Positions 38,191 through 47,301 of a DNA stretch of 64,000 nt are shown in pieces. Both the position numbers and the translations under genes were made by a program. The DNA is taken from assembly GCA_903906305.1 (NCBI GenBank), contig CAIVJR010000005.1:6485-70484 (forward strand), read 5' to 3'. Source of the stretch: an uncultured bacterium (lineage in GTDB: Bacteria > Patescibacteriota > Dojkabacteria > SC72). The first letter of the stretch is position 1. The number at the start of each line of letters is the position of its first letter. The notes below the pieces were generated by a model. The model did no database searches, was not told the DNA's origin, and saw only the letters and a program-made list of their open reading frames with translations.

Positions 38191-40578
38191 TTAACTGACA
38201 ACTTTTCGTTTGTCCATCTTAACTTTTTCAGTGACGTAGAAGTTTCGCTTAAAAGCAGATTGACCTAGCATCATCTCTGTTTGTGCTTGAACATATGGTA
38301 TGAATCCGAAGGTAAGCATATTTACTGTAACTAAGAATGTCTCTGCGAAATCTAGAATATGTCTCCACCACTTCCAACTCTTAGGTACAGGTGTGATCAT
38401 CCTTCTAAATATGACAATCGGGATATTAGTAAGAGTTATTACTGTGAATATGTAGCTAAGTGCTTTCTGAAGATTATATGCCAATACTGTGTACTGGTAA
38501 CTTGGGCTAAGCCATCCCATTATTGTAAGTCCAAAGGCAAGTATGAAAACGACTGTTAGATACCATATTTGGTATTCAAATATGCTTTTGAGCATAAACA
38601 ATTTTCTATATACTGGGAATTCTTTATTCTTCTGAAATAGCGCTGCCATTGTTATTGGGACATTAACAGTACCCCAGCCCCATCTATGTTGTTGCTTGTA
38701 AAATGATACATGAGATTTTACATATGTTTGGTTCTCTACTGCGTCATTGTATGTAGGAATATATACCTCTTGGCTCTTAAATGTACCATTGGTTCTTACC
38801 ATCGCATTCCAGTAAAAAGCGGTATCATCATTTGCTATCTCTGGATTCCAATACTCCAAATTGTGTAGTGTTTTTAGATTTACAATATATGATGAGAATG
38901 TGTCTCTGACATACATGCTCTCACCCACAAATGGTATCTTCTTCAATTTATCCACTACCCAGTTTTGCAAAAGCACCAATGTCAGCATATTTGATTGAGC
39001 TCTAATCAATGATGGTACATGCCAAATATTATTATTAAATGTATGTAGAGCACTCGCATAGTATCTATTGTCTCTTTCGTCAACCGTTAGATATTTATAC
39101 AGTACTGCTGAAAGATATTTTGGATGTGGTCTAAGATCTGAGTCACAGGATATTAACAAATATTTTGAAATATCCTTTCCTTCTTTCTCAAGATCCATAA
39201 CCAAGTGTCTACCAGCCCAGTTAATATTTGCACCCTTAACTCCTGCAACTTCTCCTTCAATATCCGCAGGATGTATGTAATACCTTATACTTCCAAACCT
39301 GTCTCCATATTTTTGTTTGAGCACTTTTAAATTTTCCAACTGTAGCTCTGATTTCTTTTCTTCCATAGCCATGACTACATCTATCTTTTCTGCTCCGATA
39401 TCACTGTTTGCCCATGCCTCGAATGATGGCTCTAAGACATCAAGCGTCTCACCATATACTGGGCATAGATATATATATCGAATTGTCTTGGCCTCTTCAC
39501 CAACCTCTTTTTTAATTTTTTCTACCCAATCGGTAGATGTCTCTTGCTTTACCCTACGAAGTCCAATTGCGATTCCAGCGATGAACTTAACCGATCTAAG
39601 TAACCAATATGCCACTAAAAAGGCTACATATATTGCAAAAGCTTGATTCCATCTCAGTAATGCAAAGATTACTGGGAAGAGAATAAATAGCCACGTAAAA
39701 AAACCAGGTACTATTTCAAGTATTCTTCGAAGAAGATTTGGTGTTCCCGTAGGAAAGCCATCTACCCTATCATGTGGTTTAAATGGATTTTGAAACTTCA
39801 CAACTCCTCCCAAAGTTCCATACCAGCGGGTACTTACTTTGTTTAATTTGTATCCTAATTTTTGAGTGAAGTGAAATCTTGCAAGATTTACGGATACAAG
39901 CCCCGTCAAAGCTGCAGCATATTCTCTAAGACGAGAAGATAGTCTTCCATCTCTATCCTGTCTTTCATTAACGGCTACACCTATCCCCTTATTAATCACC
40001 CTATACTTGTATCCTCTACTCACAATCTTTTGGATCATGAGGGTATCTTCCATATATTTGAAATCTACAACAAAGCCTCCAACTTCCTCAAAAGCTCCTC
40101 TCGTTATGATCATTACTGTACCCCAATCCCATTTTAATCCCGGTAATGGAGACATTGCACTGATATCTTTCGCAGCATTTATAGCTTTGATCGAAAGTAC
40201 CTTACTAAATGATTTTTCTCCTGTATATGCAAAATGACATGTTGCACAATCCAATTCTTTTTCAACAAATATATCCACTATTTCCTTTAGATCTGTTTCT
40301 CCTAGTAATTGTACATCTGCATCTAAAAATACAATGATATTCTGAGTAGAAGCATTAAATCCGTTATTTCTTCCTACAGATATTGGCCCTCCTTTTACTA
40401 CCTTTGCACCATATCCTCTTGCTATCTTAATGGTATTATCCTGAGACCCTGCATCCGAAACTATGACCTCTGTTGGTTGGTATATCTGTTTCTTTATACT
40501 CTCCATTAGAGCTGTAATATTCTTCTCCTCATTCTTTGTCGGTATGACTATGGATACTGGCAATATTTTATTTTCCAT
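38191..40578 (-). CDS. Bifunctional membrane glycosyltransferase: N-terminal GT2 domain fused to a processive (cellulose/chitin-synthase-like) GT2 domain
   Basis: The N-terminus reads IVIPTKNEEKNI...SDAGSQDNT...DAD (GT2 DxD). After internal TM helices, a second domain carries CDSDLRP and the QQHRWGWG (QxxRW) motif of processive beta-glycosyltransferases. C-terminal TM helices follow. Confidence 0.75.
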   Translation of the reverse strand: MENKILPVSIVIPTKNEEKNITALMESIKKQIYQPTEVIVSDAGSQDNTIKIARGYGAKVVKGGPISVGRNNGFNASTQNIIVFLDADVQLLGETDLKEIVDIFVEKELDCATCHFAYTGEKSFSKVLSIKAINAAKDISAMSPLPGLKWDWGTVMIITRGAFEEVGGFVVDFKYMEDTLMIQKIVSRGYKYRVINKGIGVAVNERQDRDGRLSSRLREYAAALTGLVSVNLARFHFTQKLGYKLNKVSTRWYGTLGGVVKFQNPFKPHDRVDGFPTGTPNLLRRILEIVPGFFTWLFILFPVIFALLRWNQAFAIYVAFLVAYWLLRSVKFIAGIAIGLRRVKQETSTDWVEKIKKEVGEEAKTIRYIYLCPVYGETLDVLEPSFEAWANSDIGAEKIDVVMAMEEKKSELQLENLKVLKQKYGDRFGSIRYYIHPADIEGEVAGVKGANINWAGRHLVMDLEKEGKDISKYLLISCDSDLRPHPKYLSAVLYKYLTVDERDNRYYASALHTFNNNIWHVPSLIRAQSNMLTLVLLQNWVVDKLKKIPFVGESMYVRDTFSSYIVNLKTLHNLEYWNPEIANDDTAFYWNAMVRTNGTFKSQEVYIPTYNDAVENQTYVKSHVSFYKQQHRWGWGTVNVPITMAALFQKNKEFPVYRKLFMLKSIFEYQIWYLTVVFILAFGLTIMGWLSPSYQYTVLAYNLQKALSYIFTVITLTNIPIVIFRRMITPVPKSWKWWRHILDFAETFLVTVNMLTFGFIPYVQAQTEMMLGQSAFKRNFYVTEKVKMDKRKVVS

Positions 40579-41190
40579 TTACTTTATCTTTTTAAATATA
40601 TTTAGAACAAAAGCTTGGATCTTCTTTTCAAATGTTTTGTATACAATGAACATTATAACAGCTATGAGGAGGATAATTCCCATAGCTTTAAAGATGTCAT
40701 ATACCTGTGTAAATTGACCTACTCCTTTTCCAACCATGTATCCTATGAATGATAGCGAAACAGCTCTAATACCAGCCACAACTACTGCATATCCTAAAAA
40801 TTTTGGAATACCCATAGCCTTCATCTTACCCATATACAGAATTCCCGGAATAGCCAAAGGTCCTGCAAATTTCACCAACATTAATGTAATACCTGGATGC
40901 TTCTTGTATGCTCCTTCTATTGTCTTTATGAAATCACTATTCTTACTATCTGTTAATCTTTTTACAATGTTAGTATCTGAAACTTTATGTCCAAGTAAGA
41001 AATAGAACATGTCTACTATCAATTCTATGACTATTGCAGCTCCTGCTATTATCCAGATATTGAGTAATCCACTTCCTGCTAATGTAGAAGCTATGAAATT
41101 GGTTGATGATCCATCAATGAAAAACATCAAGAATATGACAGGGTATTTGGCGGTTGAAATTATTTGTGTTATTAGTGCAACAAGATCCAT
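40579..41190 (-). CDS. DedA/VTT-family-like membrane protein
   Basis: 203 aa with several TM helices and composition resembling the DedA family. It abuts the GT gene with no gap. Confidence 0.45.
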   Translation of the reverse strand: MDLVALITQIISTAKYPVIFLMFFIDGSSTNFIASTLAGSGLLNIWIIAGAAIVIELIVDMFYFLLGHKVSDTNIVKRLTDSKNSDFIKTIEGAYKKHPGITLMLVKFAGPLAIPGILYMGKMKAMGIPKFLGYAVVVAGIRAVSLSFIGYMVGKGVGQFTQVYDIFKAMGIILLIAVIMFIVYKTFEKKIQAFVLNIFKKIK

Positions 41191-41327
41191 AGCTTTGTTA
41201 TATGTATATTCTTATGGAATTCACAATGATACTAATTACTAAGGATATTTACAAATATCCCGTATGTATATAAAAAACAAAACCGAGCGTTTCCGCTCGG
41301 TTATGATACTAACAATTTGCAAAAGAA

Positions 41328-42011
41328 TTATTCAGTTATTGCTTCTTTAACTTCTTTAGCTTTCTTTACTACCTTCTTTGCTGTTTTCTTAACTTCCTTA
41401 ACTACTTCAGCAACTTCTTTTTCGATAGCTTTCTTAGTAGCTTTAACCTCTTTAATAGGTTCAAGAATACTAATAATCTTGTCTAATTTCTTGTTTAAAG
41501 CTTCAATATCAGCTTTTAGATTTCCACAATCACAGCTAGAGTTTCTGTTTCCACCTCTATCATTGCTCTTGTTTCCTTCTTTACCTTCGAAACATTTACT
41601 ACAATAGATTGGTTTGTTGCTAGATGGTTTGAATGGAACCTGACATGTTTGTCCACATTCATCACATACTGCTTCAAACATTTCTTTCTCTTCTCTGTCT
41701 CTGAATCCACCTCTATCAAAGCTTGGTCTTCTCTCCCTGCTTTCAAATCTTCCACCTCTGTCATCTCTTCCACCGTCTTCTCTCTTTGTTTCAAAACATT
41801 CACTACAGTAAATTGGTTTGTCTCCAGATGGTCTGAATGGGACTCTACAGTCCTTTCCACATTGATCACATACTGCATCAAACATTTCTGGTCTATCTCC
41901 TCTTCCACCACCACCAAAGCTTCTACCTCCACCACCAAAACTTCTACCACCTCCACCGAAGCTTCTACCACCACCTCTGCTACTTCCACCTGATCTATTA
42001 AAGTCTCTCAT
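41328..42011 (-). CDS. RGG/Gly-Arg-rich protein with two tandem CxxC-x(~17)-CxxC zinc-ribbon modules and a Lys/Glu-rich helical C-terminus
   Basis: N-terminal (GGGGRSF) x3 repeats. Two near-identical modules read CD(Q/E)CG(K/Q)(D/T)C(R/Q)VPF(R/K)PS..KPIYCS(E/K)CFE. The C-terminus is KKA/KEV-rich. Confidence 0.65.
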   Translation of the reverse strand: MRDFNRSGGSSRGGGRSFGGGGRSFGGGGRSFGGGGRGDRPEMFDAVCDQCGKDCRVPFRPSGDKPIYCSECFETKREDGGRDDRGGRFESRERRPSFDRGGFRDREEKEMFEAVCDECGQTCQVPFKPSSNKPIYCSKCFEGKEGNKSNDRGGNRNSSCDCGNLKADIEALNKKLDKIISILEPIKEVKATKKAIEKEVAEVVKEVKKTAKKVVKKAKEVKEAITE

Positions 42012-42104
42012 TGTATATATTTTTCTTTTAATTTTAATACGGACAGTAGTGAGTATATTCTAAAATGATTAGAATAACAAGGATGGGATATATATGGGGT
42101 ATGG

Positions 42105-42160
42105 TTGTTAAAAGAAAAACGACACCCGTGTTTGTTTGCACGGAGTGCCGTTTGTTCTTT
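42105..42160 (-). terminator. Hairpin terminator downstream of the 135-aa paralog (first copy of a repeated element)
   Basis: An imperfect hairpin is flanked by an A-run on the left and a T-run on the right. It is about 80% identical to the element at 42803-42850. Confidence 0.5.
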
Positions 42161-42172
42161 TTATTCAGTTGC

Positions 42173-42580
42173 TTATTGCAGGGAGATATTTCCAGTTCTC
42201 CATAAATCGAGGATCGATTGTTTTACTTCTTCAGTATTCGCCAACAACAAAATATGTTTGGTAAATTTTGAACTTGGATCTTTACCGGATAGAACAAGAG
42301 AAAAGCCTGTAATCTCTTTTAATGCATCGACTAACTCTGAGGAAGCTTTTGATCTCGAATGGAGAGCACAGAAGCCTGCCTCTTGATGCATGGATAGATA
42401 GAAGACGCTATTCCCTATTGTTCCATTCCAATCTTTGTTTTCGTTTTTAAGTACAAGTTTTCCATACCAAGTATCCCATCCTTTTCTTACAGGAATACCT
42501 TTTTCTTGAAGTTTTTCTACTACTTGATCCCAAGTTAGATACATGATTTTCTCCTTTACGCTTGATACTGGCTTTACCAT
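42173..42580 (-). CDS. Small protein of unknown function, paralog family member A (135 aa)
   Basis: Its N-terminal motif IMYLTWDQVVEKLQEKGIPV is shared with the 165-aa and 102-aa neighbours. Confidence 0.5.
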   Translation of the reverse strand: MVKPVSSVKEKIMYLTWDQVVEKLQEKGIPVRKGWDTWYGKLVLKNENKDWNGTIGNSVFYLSMHQEAGFCALHSRSKASSELVDALKEITGFSLVLSGKDPSSKFTKHILLLANTEEVKQSILDLWRTGNISLQ

Positions 42581-42682
42581 GATTTCATCTCCTATTTTTT
42601 GATATCCACAAGTGGATAAAATTTTAAGTGTAATAGTTTCTTACACCCCAAATAATATCCACATGTACATATATCGCAACTG

Positions 42683-42750
42683 TTAAAGAACAAACAAGAT
42701 TGAAAATGTGTAATACACATATATTTATATAATCCTGCTATGACAATGAT
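42683..42750. promoter_or_regulatory. Conserved upstream region with the perfect palindrome ATGTGTA-A-TACACAT between TTGAAA and TATAAT-like hexamers (copy 1)
   Basis: An approximately 70-bp segment about 88% identical to 43831-43900. It lies roughly 100-170 bp upstream of the 135-aa gene start and contains a 7-1-7 palindrome at about 42706-42720. Confidence 0.5.
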
Positions 42751-42802
42751 TATATCTAAAATAGTAGCAGAAATCCACACTATGGGGTTTCTACAGTATT
42801 GT

Positions 42803-42850
42803 TTGTTAAAAGAAAAACGGCATCCCATGTTTTTGCACGGAATGCCGTAG
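42803..42850 (-). terminator. Hairpin terminator downstream of the 165-aa paralog (second copy of the repeated element)
   Basis: Stem acggcat..atgccgt with an internal stem. On the minus strand it is followed by a U-run. Confidence 0.55.
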
Positions 42851-42872
42851 TCCTTTAAAAAAGTTGTGATTG

Positions 42873-43370
42873 TTATACCATGAATTCTTCCACTCCCTTG
42901 AAATGGTCTTTTAACCATTCTATTCTGCCAGCACAATATTGACATCCCCATTCATAAGTTAAAGTACGTAATTGCTTAACAAGGTACTTTAAGTTGGGCT
43001 TAGGAAGCGGTAATTGCTTTCGAGTATTTTGGAGATGCTTCATTGCGGTATCGATTGCAGGGATCATATTCCTAAATGAGGGGAATCTTGTAAGATTGAC
43101 TTCCTCAAATTCGGAAATTAATGATACAAGCCGCTCAATAGCAGCCTTCTTTCGCTTACTTCTTGGGGCCGTAATCATAAGCATAGCGCTGCCATCGTAC
43201 GACAGGAGAAAGCAATAGTTTAATCTTTCGATCCGCCCCATTCCTGAAGAATTTCTCGCCAGGTAATCGTCCCTACGACGTACGGTAAAAACAATACCTT
43301 CTGCTTTCAATCTTTGCTGGATCTCAAGCCAATGTATCTGTTTCCGATCTACAAACTTTATTTCTTCCAT
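42873..43370 (-). CDS. Small protein of unknown function, paralog family member B (165 aa)
   Basis: Its N-terminal motif QIHWLEIQQRLKAEGIVF is shared with the family. It has a basic central region. Confidence 0.5.
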   Translation of the reverse strand: MEEIKFVDRKQIHWLEIQQRLKAEGIVFTVRRRDDYLARNSSGMGRIERLNYCFLLSYDGSAMLMITAPRSKRKKAAIERLVSLISEFEEVNLTRFPSFRNMIPAIDTAMKHLQNTRKQLPLPKPNLKYLVKQLRTLTYEWGCQYCAGRIEWLKDHFKGVEEFMV

Positions 43371-43424
43371 CCTAGCCTCCTTCCGTATCCTATTAGCTCA
43401 ATACTTTTAATTCCGTTACATCCA

Positions 43425-43733
43425 TCATTCCTTTGAGAACCTCCAATCTTGCAGCTTTTTGTTTTCATAGATTACAAATGGATTACTTTTCAACATAGTT
43501 TCAGCTACTGCCTGAACGAATGGATCTCCAACGGGAGAATTGGGATTCGAAAGTTCCTTAATTACTAAGGTACACGTCGAGGTTCCATCCAACCAACAAA
43601 GTGTAAACCGATTTCCATCCAAATATCCACTTACTGTGGTTTCTGGATTTACATCAGTTATTACCTGCATCCCTAGAGATACAAGCTTTTTACGCACTTC
43701 TTCCCACTTGACTTGCGACATCTTTTTGAACAT
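43425..43733 (-). CDS. Small protein of unknown function, paralog family member C (102 aa)
   Basis: Its N-terminal motif SQVKWEEVRKKLVSLGMQVI is shared with the family. Confidence 0.5.
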   Translation of the reverse strand: MFKKMSQVKWEEVRKKLVSLGMQVITDVNPETTVSGYLDGNRFTLCWLDGTSTCTLVIKELSNPNSPVGDPFVQAVAETMLKSNPFVIYENKKLQDWRFSKE

Positions 43734-43830
43734 TGTCTTCCCCTTCCTTTCGTTATGATGGATAAAATTTTATCTGTAAAAATTTCTTACAGTACAAAAT
43801 AATATCCACATAACTTTTTCTCACAACTTT

Positions 43831-43900
43831 TTAAAGAACAAACAAGATTGAAAATATGTATATACATATATTTATATATCCTGTATAGACAAGGATTATA
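43831..43900. promoter_or_regulatory. Conserved upstream region with the palindrome ATATGTA-TA-TACATAT (copy 2)
   Basis: Near-identical to 42683-42750. It sits about 100-170 bp upstream of the 102-aa gene start. Confidence 0.5.
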
Positions 43901-43943
43901 TCTCAATGTATGTAGAAAATCTATATTATAGGTTTATACTCCC

Positions 43944-44351
43944 CTACTTCTGTGTTACCACCAAATACAAAGCAACAACATAACACAATGTTATGACAAT
44001 GAATGCAGCTAACATCCCATACTGTAATGCAGGATTCATAGATCCTTGGGGATATACTATCTGGAATACCAATCTAGTTAACCAAAGGGTACATGTAGCT
44101 CCAAGTAATACCATCATAGAGTATTTGTTTACCTTACCACTGTATATTAGAAGTATATTCATTACTCCAAACAATACCAATGAGAGTGAAAAGAATACAT
44201 TGATAGCTCTAACAGCTACGATTAATTCTGTAGCCTGAGTATCGATATATGAATACCATTTCCATAGCTTTGGTACAAAAAAATGCCATATACCAAAACC
44301 AATAGATACACTACTACCAATTGTTACCAATATTTTTGTTATTAAATCCAT
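43944..44351 (-). CDS. Small membrane protein (4 TM)
   Basis: 135 aa, hydrophobic throughout. Confidence 0.4.
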   Translation of the reverse strand: MDLITKILVTIGSSVSIGFGIWHFFVPKLWKWYSYIDTQATELIVAVRAINVFFSLSLVLFGVMNILLIYSGKVNKYSMMVLLGATCTLWLTRLVFQIVYPQGSMNPALQYGMLAAFIVITLCYVVALYLVVTQK

Positions 44352-44355
44352 CTGA

Positions 44356-44787
44356 CTATTTTACAGGTAATATCTGATATTCGAAGGTATATCCACCACT
44401 CTTAGCTACTCCCTCTACCTTACTTCTAATATCTTTGTAATCAAAGGTATATTCATATTTCTTACCAAATAGATCAGATTGTTCTTGTATATTACCCTCT
44501 CTACCACCGTTCATAGTGTTGTATGTTTCTGTTTTAAAACCAAATCCAGTAGACATACCATCATCATATCCTCCTGATGTAAATCCACTTCCTGCTTCCA
44601 TTAACATTTCAGAAAATTTTACAACCTTAGTATCTTCCTCTATTCTCATCTTAAATGAATATGTTAATTTCTTTGTAGAAAGGAATGCTTTTCTTTCTGC
44701 TATTGTTGATTTAAATTCATAGAGGCCTTTCTTTTCAGACCACTCTCCACTGTAGCTGTCTAGAGATTTTTTAATATCGTCGATCAT
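44356..44787 (-). CDS. Hypothetical soluble protein
   Basis: 143-aa ORF, 4 bp from the upstream gene. Confidence 0.4.
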   Translation of the reverse strand: MIDDIKKSLDSYSGEWSEKKGLYEFKSTIAERKAFLSTKKLTYSFKMRIEEDTKVVKFSEMLMEAGSGFTSGGYDDGMSTGFGFKTETYNTMNGGREGNIQEQSDLFGKKYEYTFDYKDIRSKVEGVAKSGGYTFEYQILPVK

Positions 44788-44805
44788 ATTAAATAGATTA
44801 ATAAT

Positions 44806-45552
44806 TTATTTTACTAAAACTTTTTTGTTCTCCTTCACACCCTTAATCAAAAGCCATAGCGTAAGAGAAACCTCTGCAACGAAACCAATAGCCATACATA
44901 CTATTGAAACTGTTCCCAAACTTGGGAAAAGAAATTTTTGGCAAACATATATCATGAGGGCAACACCATCTACCGCTAAAATTATGCCTAAAGCTTTAGG
45001 AAGGAAACCCGATTTGAATACTAGATACCCTAGAGGGAATAGCCAGAGTCCAAATGGAACTTGAGCTGCAACCGCCCCTATTCTACGCAGATCAATGAAT
45101 AGCATGGCCTGTGCCTGTAACTGATCAGGTGTAAAGACTTTAAGATAGTCTACCCCACTCAAAAACATTTGCCCCGCAAACAGACTTAACAAGCTAAAAT
45201 TCCATATTGCAAAACCTGCAAAGTTTAAAAGTAAAAATAGCAATGCTAAGTTCTTGTTAACAGGTTTTAGTAGTACATACAAAGCCCAAGCTGCGAAAAG
45301 AAAAATTGCAGCTGAGAATAGACTAATTACAAAACCAATGCGGAATGAAGAATCATTGGTCATTATGTTATTGACAGTTTCAAAGGCATCTGAGAATACA
45401 AATTTCCCAAATATATCTGCAACTATGGATGTCACTACGTACAGCAAATATAGCCCTCCTGCTATTCTTGCAATTTTGTTAATCGGACTCATTTTTCTCT
45501 CCTTTATTAAATTATTTAGTTTGCTCTGTTCCATAAATCCCAAACAAATCAT
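44806..45552 (-). CDS. Polytopic membrane protein
   Basis: 248 aa with 6-7 predicted TM helices. Confidence 0.4.
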   Translation of the reverse strand: MICLGFMEQSKLNNLIKERKMSPINKIARIAGGLYLLYVVTSIVADIFGKFVFSDAFETVNNIMTNDSSFRIGFVISLFSAAIFLFAAWALYVLLKPVNKNLALLFLLLNFAGFAIWNFSLLSLFAGQMFLSGVDYLKVFTPDQLQAQAMLFIDLRRIGAVAAQVPFGLWLFPLGYLVFKSGFLPKALGIILAVDGVALMIYVCQKFLFPSLGTVSIVCMAIGFVAEVSLTLWLLIKGVKENKKVLVK

Positions 45553-46174
45553 ATGGTTTCTCTTGGAATCTGTTATTCATAAAGTAGCCTAAAACAAAGA
45601 TAAGCACAATGAAAACGAACAATATAAATGATTGAACTTTAGATATCTTTTGAATATCTTGTTTTGACTTAACTTCACAAACTTCACCAGGACAGTATTG
45701 TGCCTTCTCCTTAAAAAAGAGCGGATAAAATTTACAACCTAAACAAATTCCAAAGACTGATTCAAAGAAGAGGAATATGAGACAAGTAAGACAAGTAATG
45801 CTCGCAATTGGGCTATATGCATTTATGATAATGAAATGGACAAACATTGTGCTTACTAATACTACACCAATTACCCAAGCAAACTTCTTCTGAGCCGCTC
45901 CTACATATTCAGGGGTTTGGTTTCTGACAACCCATCGTCCAAAGATTAGGAATGGTGAGTATTTGGGATTTATGAAAACCCTTATAACAAAATCTACAAG
46001 AAAAAGAGTTATGACATACTTAAGTGGCACAAAGTTCTCCTGAAACAGGATAAACATCCATGATATGAAGGCAGCCAAGAACATTATTCCTGCGGCGGCT
46101 CGTATTTCTCGTTCATTTAGAACTCGAATGTTGTAACCTTCTACATCTTCACCGAATTGAAATATTTTTTTCAT
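45512..46174 (-). CDS. DUF4395-like membrane protein with a C-terminal Cys cluster
   Basis: TM helices plus the block FGICLGCKFYP followed by CPGEVCE. Confidence 0.4.
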   Translation of the reverse strand: MKKIFQFGEDVEGYNIRVLNEREIRAAAGIMFLAAFISWMFILFQENFVPLKYVITLFLVDFVIRVFINPKYSPFLIFGRWVVRNQTPEYVGAAQKKFAWVIGVVLVSTMFVHFIIINAYSPIASITCLTCLIFLFFESVFGICLGCKFYPLFFKEKAQYCPGEVCEVKSKQDIQKISKVQSFILFVFIVLIFVLGYFMNNRFQEKPYDLFGIYGTEQTK

Positions 46175-46722
46175 TTTGAAGTAGTTATAGATTTATTAAA
46201 TCCCTTTATCATTAACCATCCTGCAAGGAATAGTTCATTGGTTATGATGAGAACCATTAGTACATCTAATATTGGTGAGGTTATTCCTACCAATTTTGCT
46301 ACATTGTTTATCAACAACATCCCACATGCTACTAGACCCCATATAGATATGAAGCGTGGTACGAGTTTAGTTTTGAATAACAGGATATAGAACAGGAATG
46401 CACTTATGATAAAGACATAGGTTTGTGGGTAGTTATATATCCAACTTCTCCAATCTGTAGATAAATTACTTAAAAGAAGTATTCCAGCTGCAATCATCAA
46501 TGCTCCTTCTAAAACCTTCATTGCTATATATCCAATGGTAAGTCCTTTGTTTGAAGTTTTAAAGAAAGGGAATAATAATATTGTGATGCCAATTACTGCT
46601 AATCCACTGATTACATCTAGAAGTGTTGTTACCCATTTTATATCTGTAACTCCGCTAGCAAGCATGCTGTATGCTACTAGGATTAGGATTCCTACAATTA
46701 TTGCCTTTGTTCTATTACTCAT
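46171..46722 (-). CDS. Polytopic membrane protein
   Basis: 183 aa with five hydrophobic helices. It overlaps the downstream gene by 4 bp. Confidence 0.4.
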   Translation of the reverse strand: MSNRTKAIIVGILILVAYSMLASGVTDIKWVTTLLDVISGLAVIGITILLFPFFKTSNKGLTIGYIAMKVLEGALMIAAGILLLSNLSTDWRSWIYNYPQTYVFIISAFLFYILLFKTKLVPRFISIWGLVACGMLLINNVAKLVGITSPILDVLMVLIITNELFLAGWLMIKGFNKSITTSK

Positions 46723-46791
46723 ACCTTTTTAAATAATATTATTTGTCTAATATTGCCAAAGAAAAGTATGGGAGTCAATAAAGGTAAAAAA

Positions 46792-47232
46792 CTATTGTTT
46801 GATATATTTCAATATTTTCTCCAATACACCATCTAGGTTCTCCCATGAAAGTATCTTTAATCCTTCTTCTATACCCATCCATAATATCTCCATACCAGAA
46901 TCTGATTCTGCATTGGTTAATACTCTTTCTATCTTCTTCGCACTCTTTAGTATAGCTAGGAAATAGTGGTCTGTTTTATGTACATCCTTATTCCAAGATA
47001 ATATGTAATCATTTATACCTACTGGTTCTATTATCTGTATATCACAATATCCTGTTTCTTCTGATGTTTCTCTCTTAGCTGCTTCTTCTAATGTTTCCTT
47101 TCCTTCTACATGTCCCTTAGGTAATACATATTTCTCTTCACCTTGTAATTTGGTTCTATGTATTACTAAGAGCTCATATCTATCATTATTCTTTCTTAAG
47201 AGATAACAGCCTGCAGATGTGTGTTCTTCCAT
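46792..47232 (-). CDS. NUDIX hydrolase
   Basis: Nudix box GHVEGKETLEEAAKRETSEETG (Gx5Ex7REUxEExGU). Confidence 0.8.
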   Translation of the reverse strand: MEEHTSAGCYLLRKNNDRYELLVIHRTKLQGEEKYVLPKGHVEGKETLEEAAKRETSEETGYCDIQIIEPVGINDYILSWNKDVHKTDHYFLAILKSAKKIERVLTNAESDSGMEILWMGIEEGLKILSWENLDGVLEKILKYIKQ

Positions 47233-47301
47233 ATGATTAATTATATTCCCTTTGTTATATATTTGCGATATATTTAAGTAATAAGATTATAAAATATATC
47301 T

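Noticed and set aside
41516-41993. Alternative-frame ORFs of 157 aa (minus) and 114 aa (plus) across the RGG/zinc-ribbon gene
   Set aside because: They are generated by the internal codon-level repeats of the real gene at 41328-42011, and their translations are low-complexity.
42592-42951. 119-aa Cys-rich minus-strand ORF
   Set aside because: It spans the duplicated promoter and terminator elements and overlaps the 165-aa paralog in another frame. It is more likely non-coding regulatory DNA than a gene.
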